Positions 58,125 to 64,000 of a DNA stretch of 64,000 nucleotides are shown here, one piece after another. Within the stretch, counting starts at the first letter, position 1, and the number at the start of each line of letters is the position of its first letter. Source of the stretch: Candidatus Undinarchaeota archaeon (GTDB lineage: Archaea; SpSt-1190; JASMDC01); assembly GCA_964519305.1 (NCBI GenBank), contig CAZFHY010000016.1, positions 32,001-96,000 of the forward strand, in the 5' to 3' direction. A model generated the notes under the pieces. The model had not been told where the DNA came from. It made no database searches and saw only the letters and a program-made list of their open reading frames with translations. The position numbers and the translations under genes were made by a program.

Positions 58125-58181
58125 GAGTCTAGATTTATAAACAACGAATCTCGCAGGCGAAGGACTTTTAAATCTAGGCTC
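58125..58181. promoter_or_regulatory. 16-bp imperfect inverted repeat upstream of wHTH gene
   Basis: GAGTCTAGATTTATAA (58125-58140) versus TTTTAAATCTAGGCTC (58166-58181); 14/16 complementary; 25-nt spacer. Confidence 0.55.
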
Positions 58182-58245
58182 TGACTAAGATTTGCTACGA
58201 GGGGAAAGCAATTTCCCCCTCACCCCCAGCAAGGAAGGAAATACT

Positions 58246-58557
58246 ATGGCTAGAGAGGAGAAGGACGAATTATTGGGCCTCTTTTTCAAAAAGAAGGCTA
58301 CAAAGATCTTTCTTTCGCTAAATGGAGGCGGTCCTCCCGTGCGCTACGTTCGTGCCATCTCGAAGTGCGCCGATACGGAGTACGCCCACACGCTGCGCGT
58401 CCTTCAACGGTTCCGGGAAATGGGGCTGGCTAGCACCATCAAGCTGGGTCGGACCAGGCTCTACGAGCCTACCGAAAAGGGTGAAGAGGTCGCTGACCTT
58501 ATCGATAGTGTCATCGAGACCGCGGACGACCACGCCGAGCACAAGCACCACAACTAG
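58246..58557 (+). CDS. winged-helix transcriptional regulator
   Basis: YVRAISK..DTEYAHTLRVL......GL....KLGR.R....TEKGEEVA. Confidence 0.82.
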   Translation: MAREEKDELLGLFFKKKATKIFLSLNGGGPPVRYVRAISKCADTEYAHTLRVLQRFREMGLASTIKLGRTRLYEPTEKGEEVADLIDSVIETADDHAEHKHHN

Positions 58558-58618
58558 CACCGCGTTCGGCGACAACGTACCTCTACCGTGGCAGGATCAC
58601 CGTTGTCGTTATACTGCA

Positions 58619-59284
58619 CTAGATCGGTGCGTTCAGATTGATGTCCCAGCCGAACTCCACGTCCCCCATGGCAGCGCCGGTCCTGTGGTCGGTCTCCGTG
58701 TAGGCTATCTTGATGGTACCGGGATTGAACCTGATCTCCTCGAGCATGCGGGGGCCGCTGCTGCTGGTTGCGGACATCACCACGTACGTGACAAAGACGT
58801 CCTTGAGCTCCATTCTGAAGTACACCGCCTTATCGGTCGTGGGCCGGGCCAATTCGATGACCACCTTCTCGACGTGACTTCCCTTGGTGGAGGCTTCGAA
58901 GAGCTTCACGCTGGACTTGTCAAGCCACTTGGTGATGATGACCTCGTGGATATCGGCCCTCTCGGAGGAGCGGGCGCCGCCGCTGCTGCGGGTACTGGCC
59001 TGTGACTGTGTTACGCCGAAGGTGAGGGCGTTTGCCTCGATCCATCCAGGATGATTGTGATCCGTCGACCCTCCCGGGATATCGGCGATCTGGACGAATA
59101 TGTCGGCCCCGCCCCCAAATGAGCCACCCACGTTGGAGGGCGGGTTAAGGGGGTTGACCGACGCTTCCATCCCGCTCTCGCGGGCGGGTGCGCCGGAAAC
59201 GGTACCTGCCATGTAGGCGAACAGCCCGAGGTTGAGCAGACACACGACGAGTATCAGATAGAGCAGCTTCTCGCTGGATGACAT
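58619..59284 (-). CDS. Hcp (T6SS tube)-family domain fused to PPSN leader
   Basis: DIFVQIADIPGGSTDHNHPGWIE...FGV.Q; ITKWLDKSSVKLFEA..KG.H; YFRMELKDVFVT; EEIRFN...IKIAY; FGWDI..N; CATATAAAG about 25 nt upstream of ATG 59284. Confidence 0.9.
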   Translation of the reverse strand: MSSSEKLLYLILVVCLLNLGLFAYMAGTVSGAPARESGMEASVNPLNPPSNVGGSFGGGADIFVQIADIPGGSTDHNHPGWIEANALTFGVTQSQASTRSSGGARSSERADIHEVIITKWLDKSSVKLFEASTKGSHVEKVVIELARPTTDKAVYFRMELKDVFVTYVVMSATSSSGPRMLEEIRFNPGTIKIAYTETDHRTGAAMGDVEFGWDINLNAPI

Positions 59285-59315
59285 GAGTCCGCGGTGCGCG
59301 AGCATCCTTTATATG

Positions 59316-59606
59316 TCAGTCCGCCGGGGCTTCGGCGGGCCCGAACAGTGTTTCGCATACCTGAAGCCCCGACTCTGTCAGGAGCACTTCCTTGTGGAGG
59401 AGCCTGACCAGACCCTTCCTCTCCAGGGAGCGGAGCGTGGGTTGGAAGCGGACGAGCTCGAGCTCGGCTGCATGCGGGCCATGGAACCCGTCCGCGTCCT
59501 CGAGGCCTTGAGCGAGCTCTTTGAGCGAGATCGCGTGGAACTTGCTCCCGCGATAGGCCACCTCGATGAGCTCGAGCTCCTTTTCGGTGAGGTAGGTCTT
59601 GAGCAC
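59316..59606 (-). CDS. small wHTH-like protein; possible upstream start 59693 with in-frame TGA
   Basis: LRSLERKGLV...LLTESG wing motif; directly downstream of dehydrogenase gene. Confidence 0.55.
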   Translation of the reverse strand: MLKTYLTEKELELIEVAYRGSKFHAISLKELAQGLEDADGFHGPHAAELELVRFQPTLRSLERKGLVRLLHKEVLLTESGLQVCETLFGPAEAPAD

Positions 59607-59700
59607 GTCGACCTCTTGGCCTTCGAGGCCGGCCTGCTCAAGATCCTCGATGATCGCCGTTCAGGCGACCCCCCACCTGTCTGTAGCGTCCATTGGTGGT

Positions 59701-60819
59701 CTACAGCTTGTCCGCGATGGCGCGGGCCACGTCGAGTGTCTTGGCGTCGCCCTTCATGTCGTAGGTGCGGACCTTGCCCTCCTTGATGACCTCGGCGATG
59801 GCCTTCTCCAGGCGCTCGGCCTTGTCGGACTCGTCGAGCCAGTCGAGCATCATCTTGGCCGTGAGGATCATGGCCAGAGGATTGACCTTGTACATGCCTG
59901 AGTACTTCGGGGCCGAGCCGTGCGTGGGCTCGAACACCGCGTAGTCGTCGCCGATGTTGCCCGAGCAGGCGAACCCGAGTCCGCCCACCAGCTGGCCGCA
60001 CAGGTCGCTGATGATGTCGCCGAACATGTTGGAGGCCACCAGAACGCCGTAGTCGTGCGGGTTCTTGATCAGCCACATGCACTGGGCGTCGATGTTCGTC
60101 TCCCAGAGGTCGATACCGTCGAACTCCTTGGCGATCTTGCGTGCCTCGCGCACCATGAGACCGCTGGTCTCGCGGATGACGTTGGGCTTCTCCACGATGG
60201 TGACCGCCGGGTAGCCGTGGGTCTTGGCGTACTCGAAGGCGTTGCGAACGATGCGCTGGCAGCCCGCGCGGGTGAAGATCCGGCACGAGATGGCCAGGTC
60301 GTCGGCCGCCGTGTCGTCGAACCGGCCCATCTTGGCGTTGTTGTCCTTGAGCGCGCCGCGGACGCCGTCGGGCACGGGGTGGAACTCCACACCCGCGTAC
60401 AATCCCTCGGTGTTCTCCCTGAACACGATCAGGTCGATCCCGTCCTTGAAGTTGAGGGGGTTGCCCTCGAAGGCCTTGCAGGGCCGTAGGTTGGTGTGCA
60501 GGTTGAACAGCTGGCGCAACCGCACGATGGGGCTGAAGTAGATCAGTCCCTTGCCCTGGAGCTCGGGGACGAGCTCCTTCTCTGCCTCCTCCTTCGGCTT
60601 GGACGTGATGGCGCCGAAGAGGCAGCAGTCGGTCTCTTTCAGGAGCTTGATGGTGCGCTCGGGGAGCGGATCGCCCTCCTTGCACCAGAACTCCCATCCG
60701 ATGTCGCCGTAGGTGTACTCGGCGTCCAGGCCGAGCTTGTCCAGGACGATCATAGCCGCTTCCGTGACTTCCTTGCCGATGCCGTCGCCCGGCAGGACCG
60801 CGATTTTGTACTTTGCCAT
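59701..60819 (-). CDS. isocitrate/isopropylmalate/homoisocitrate dehydrogenase family
   Basis: PGDGIGKEV, RENTEGLY, NMFGDIISD, FEPTHGSAP, NPLAMIL. Confidence 0.95.
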   Translation of the reverse strand: MAKYKIAVLPGDGIGKEVTEAAMIVLDKLGLDAEYTYGDIGWEFWCKEGDPLPERTIKLLKETDCCLFGAITSKPKEEAEKELVPELQGKGLIYFSPIVRLRQLFNLHTNLRPCKAFEGNPLNFKDGIDLIVFRENTEGLYAGVEFHPVPDGVRGALKDNNAKMGRFDDTAADDLAISCRIFTRAGCQRIVRNAFEYAKTHGYPAVTIVEKPNVIRETSGLMVREARKIAKEFDGIDLWETNIDAQCMWLIKNPHDYGVLVASNMFGDIISDLCGQLVGGLGFACSGNIGDDYAVFEPTHGSAPKYSGMYKVNPLAMILTAKMMLDWLDESDKAERLEKAIAEVIKEGKVRTYDMKGDAKTLDVARAIADKL

Positions 60820-60832
60820 TTTGGTGTCCTCC

Positions 60833-61330
60833 TTATTCCGTTCCGAGTTTTTTCTTCAGGCTGGGGATAAGGCCCCCGGCCGTGATAATGTCCATGATGA
60901 AGGGTGGTAGGGGCTTGGCCCTGTACTCCTTCCCTGTAGTAAGGTCCCGCACCAGTCCGTCCTCCAGCACGACCTCTACCTCGTCGCCGGGGTTGAGCTC
61001 GTCGACCTCGGGCAGGGTGAGGATGGGCAGGCCCTGGTTGATGCAGTTGCGGAAATAGATACGGGCGAACGATTTAGCGATTATGGCGCCCACGCCCGCG
61101 TACTTGGGTGCGGTGACCGCCTGCTCGCGCGATGAGCCGCAGCCGAAGTTCTTGCCGGCCACGATGATGTCGCCCTGCTGGACGCCCTTGGCGAACTCCG
61201 GATCGGCGTCCTCCATTGCGTGCTTGGCCATATCGGCGGGCTCGGTGACCGTGTAGGTGTACTTGCCCGGGAAGATGACGTCCGTGTTGACATCGTCGCC
61301 AAAGCGCCATACGCGGCCCTTGACGTTCAT
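60833..61330 (-). CDS. isopropylmalate isomerase/homoaconitase small subunit
   Basis: FGDDVNTD, NFGCGSSREQA, SFARIYFRN. Confidence 0.95.
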   Translation of the reverse strand: MNVKGRVWRFGDDVNTDVIFPGKYTYTVTEPADMAKHAMEDADPEFAKGVQQGDIIVAGKNFGCGSSREQAVTAPKYAGVGAIIAKSFARIYFRNCINQGLPILTLPEVDELNPGDEVEVVLEDGLVRDLTTGKEYRAKPLPPFIMDIITAGGLIPSLKKKLGTE

Positions 61331-62586
61331 GAGACCACCTCCCGTGGATCGGTGACCGCGCCCTTGAGAGCGGACGCCGCCACGGTGGCGGGCGATGCGA
61401 GGTAGATCTGGCCTTCCTTGCACCCCATCCGGCCCCTGAAGTTGCGGTTGGATGTGGAGATGGCGATCTCACCGGGAGCGAGCGCGCCCTGGTGAGCGCC
61501 CATGCAGGGCCCGCAGCCGGGATTGCACACGATCGCGCCGGACCGGGCCAGCTCGGCGAGCAGGCCGGAGTCCGAAGCGGCGATGTACTCCATGCGCGAG
61601 GCCGGGATGACCAGTAGCCGCACGTCCCGGTGGACCTCTTTGCCCTTGAGGATGGCGACAGCCTGTTCCAGGTCCTCAATGCGTCCGTTGGTGCAGGTGC
61701 CCAGCACGGCCTGGTTGATCTCGAGCCCGGCGATGTCAGACACGGGCTTCACGTTGTCGACCTTGTGCGGGCAGGCGATCTGCGGGACCAGTCCGGAAAC
61801 GTCGAAGTGCACCTCGCGCTCGACCGTGGCGTCGGGGTCCGAGACCACGGGCTCGACCGGCTTGTCGGTGCGTCCTTTGAGGTAGGCGGCGGTCGTCGCG
61901 TCGGCGGGGACGATGCCCGCCTTGGCGTCCATCTCGACCGCCATGTTGGAGAGGACCATGCGGCTCGACTGTGTCATGCGCTCCACCGTGGGACCGGTGT
62001 ACTCGGCGCACTTGTACGAACAGCCGTCGGCGCGGACTGTGCCGATGATGTTGAGGATGACGTCCTTGGCGCTGACCAGGGACGGGAGCTCGCCGTCGAC
62101 GATCATGCGGACCGTCTCCGGGACCTTCATCCAGATCTCACCGGTCGCGTACACGGCGGCCATCTCGGTGCGTCCGATACCTGAGGAGAAGGCGCCCAGG
62201 GCGCCGTAGGTGGTGGTGTGGGAGTCGCTGCCCACGATGAGCATGCCAGGGAGGACGTGGCCGTTCTCCGGGACCACCTGGTGGCACACGCCGCCCTTGA
62301 TGTCGTAGAAGTTGGTGATGCCCTGTTCCTTGACGAACTGGCGGGCCTCCTTGTGCTCGATGGCGTTCTTCTCGGCAGCCGCCGGCACGCAGTGATCGAT
62401 AGGGACGATGATGCGCTCGGGGTCCCAGACCCGCTCCACGCCGATCTTCTTGAATATGCGCGAGATGGGTCCGGTGTTCTCGTGCGTCATGGCGAGGTCG
62501 ACCCGTGCGTTAACGATGTCGCCCGCCGTAGCACCGGGTTGTCCGCCGGCGCGGGCAAGTATTTTCTCGGCTATCGTGTACCCCAT
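61327..62586 (-). CDS. isopropylmalate isomerase/homoaconitase large subunit
   Basis: DSHTTTYGA, GTCTNGR, CGPCMG, STSNRNFRGRMG; 4-nt overlap with small subunit. Confidence 0.95.
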   Translation of the reverse strand: MGYTIAEKILARAGGQPGATAGDIVNARVDLAMTHENTGPISRIFKKIGVERVWDPERIIVPIDHCVPAAAEKNAIEHKEARQFVKEQGITNFYDIKGGVCHQVVPENGHVLPGMLIVGSDSHTTTYGALGAFSSGIGRTEMAAVYATGEIWMKVPETVRMIVDGELPSLVSAKDVILNIIGTVRADGCSYKCAEYTGPTVERMTQSSRMVLSNMAVEMDAKAGIVPADATTAAYLKGRTDKPVEPVVSDPDATVEREVHFDVSGLVPQIACPHKVDNVKPVSDIAGLEINQAVLGTCTNGRIEDLEQAVAILKGKEVHRDVRLLVIPASRMEYIAASDSGLLAELARSGAIVCNPGCGPCMGAHQGALAPGEIAISTSNRNFRGRMGCKEGQIYLASPATVAASALKGAVTDPREVVS

Positions 62587-62685
62587 ATAGAGTCCCGCGG
62601 CACGGCAAAGTTTATACCTTTAATAATCTAATCAGGGGGCGTGACGGATGGTGGCACGGGCCACCGATCAAAAGGAGGCTGACAC

Positions 62686-63243
62686 ATGACCGACGATAAA
62701 AGGGCCTATATCGCATCACTCTTTCCAGAGCTCGAGCTGTTCGAGGACGACGACCTGCGCCAGCGCGTCATCGATGTGTGGGTGCGGGCCATGGAGAAGG
62801 GTGGCTGGGACGCCATCGACGAGATCCCCTTCACCAAGGCCGCACGGACCGACGCAACGCTGATATCGCACGTGAGGACGATAACACGGCTCGCTCATTC
62901 GTCCGCGGGCATACTCAACGAGCTCCACGGATACAACATCCCGCTCGACTGGATCCTTACCGGGGCGCTACTGCACGATGTTGGTAAGCTACTGGAGTAC
63001 GAGCTCGTGGACGGCGAGTACCGCATCTGCAGCGATGGGAAGCTGGTGCGCCATCCCATAACCGGGGCATGGCTCGCGCTGGAGGCAGGGATACCGGCCG
63101 GTATCGTGCACACGATATCCAACCACTCGCACGAGGGCGATCACGTCCCTCGCAGCCAGGAGGGAGTGATAATCCACCACATGGACTTCACGCATTTCGA
63201 GGTCGTAAAGGCCCGGAACCGGGCAGAGGAGGCGAAGAAGTGA
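62686..63243 (+). CDS. HD domain protein
   Basis: SHV...LLHDVGKLLEY; RHP; HHMD. Confidence 0.88.
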   Translation: MTDDKRAYIASLFPELELFEDDDLRQRVIDVWVRAMEKGGWDAIDEIPFTKAARTDATLISHVRTITRLAHSSAGILNELHGYNIPLDWILTGALLHDVGKLLEYELVDGEYRICSDGKLVRHPITGAWLALEAGIPAGIVHTISNHSHEGDHVPRSQEGVIIHHMDFTHFEVVKARNRAEEAKK

Positions 63244-63656
63244 TACGGATCGACAGGTTCCATGTGCTCCTGCTCGGCGTCGTGGTCCTCATGGCCACCG
63301 GGTCCATGACAGGGTTCGCCCAGAAGACCGACTCCTATATAGTGATCGGCGAGGAGGCCCAGCTGGGCGACCTGGTCGCGGCGCTCCATCTCGCTGAGGC
63401 CATGGGGATCCCGCTGCGGAACATCCTCATGGACTCCGACAACATCCCCGCGGCCCGACTCTTCCTTATCGGCGGGGGCAGCGTGAACAAGATGTCCGAC
63501 GAGGTGGGGTACGATATGACCAGCTTCATCCTCCAGCCCGTGATAATCGAGACAAAGGAGTACAAGGGTCATATGGTGACCATCCTTGCCGGGTACGAGG
63601 CAGCGGACACGCGGAGCGCCGTAGAGGCCTATATCGACTCGGCCGCGGCCACTTAG
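63240..63656 (+). CDS. minimal S-layer-like protein (S-layer N- and C-terminal motifs only)
   Basis: Signal peptide; IVIGEEA..GDLVAA; LFLIGGGSVN; LAGYEAADTRSA; GTGA overlap with HD gene. Confidence 0.65.
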   Translation: MIRIDRFHVLLLGVVVLMATGSMTGFAQKTDSYIVIGEEAQLGDLVAALHLAEAMGIPLRNILMDSDNIPAARLFLIGGGSVNKMSDEVGYDMTSFILQPVIIETKEYKGHMVTILAGYEAADTRSAVEAYIDSAAAT

Positions 63657-63719
63657 TCCGTGGGTCGGGAGCGGGCCGTCTCTGAAACATTGATAAAGAT
63701 TGCTCCCCTTCCGCGGCTC

Positions 63720-63995
63720 ATGGCAGACGAGCGGATCACGTTCGTGCCGCGGGAGTGCCCGCACTGCGGCGAGAAACTCGCTGTAAAGTGGAGCGGTGTA
63801 TGGGGCTACTACTGCGTTCGCGAGATGTTCTGGTGGGGCAAGATCGACGGGATGCCCGATGCGTCCGGTAAGAAGGCGGCCGCAAAACCGGCACCCAAGA
63901 AGAAGGCACCGCCCAAGAAGAAGGCACCGCCCAAGAAGAAGGCACCGCCCAAGAAGAAGGCGGCCCCCAAGAAGAAGTCCACGGCAAAGAAGTAA
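63720..63995 (+). CDS. small protein with Cys motif and Lys/Pro/Ala-rich tail
   Basis: CPHCG...YYC; PKKKAP repeats. Confidence 0.7.
   Translation: MADERITFVPRECPHCGEKLAVKWSGVWGYYCVREMFWWGKIDGMPDASGKKAAAKPAPKKKAPPKKKAPPKKKAPPKKKAAPKKKSTAKK
63894..63977 (+). repeat. 18-bp tandem repeat CCCAAGAAGAAGGCACCG, about 4.7 copies (coding PKKKAP)
   Basis: Directly visible; three perfect units, one variant, one partial. Confidence 0.9.
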
Positions 63996-64000
63996 GCGGT

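Noticed and set aside
42982-59284. Canonical T6SS, eCIS or provirus
   Set aside because: No sheath, VgrG/PAAR, baseplate, terminase, capsid or integrase genes are recognisable in the window.

Overview
This is a gene-dense, high-GC archaeal chromosomal segment. Evidence for Archaea includes TFE-alpha, CDC48, archaeal ApgM, FAU-1, an S-layer motif protein, and TATA-like boxes about 25-30 nt upstream of many starts. A few genes resemble families I recall from DPANN genomes, but that assignment is inference. Kb 1-22 is a modification-enzyme region: four B12-binding radical SAMs, one other radical SAM, a NodU-type carbamoyltransferase, a GT-C glycosyltransferase, a squalene/phytoene-synthase-like enzyme and a GH63 with a rearranged segment order. 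Kb 22-33 is housekeeping, kb 33-52 is accessory, and kb 59-63 holds a (homo)aconitase/dehydrogenase operon. The most striking signal is a dispersed family of 8 genes. They share an N-terminal leader, a hydrophobic helix with a conserved Asn plus a short linker ending in PP[A/S/L]N (six also start M-[ND]-D-[RK]-x-L), fused to unrelated cargo domains. The cargos are two Hcp (T6SS tube)-fold domains, a bacterial-type conserved hypothetical domain, three helical bundles and two Cys-rich peptides. No other T6SS genes are in the window, and a stand-alone AglB/STT3 WWDYG domain is embedded in the cluster. No rRNA, tRNA, CRISPR array or transposase was recognised. All family calls come from motif recognition by eye; no database searches were run.
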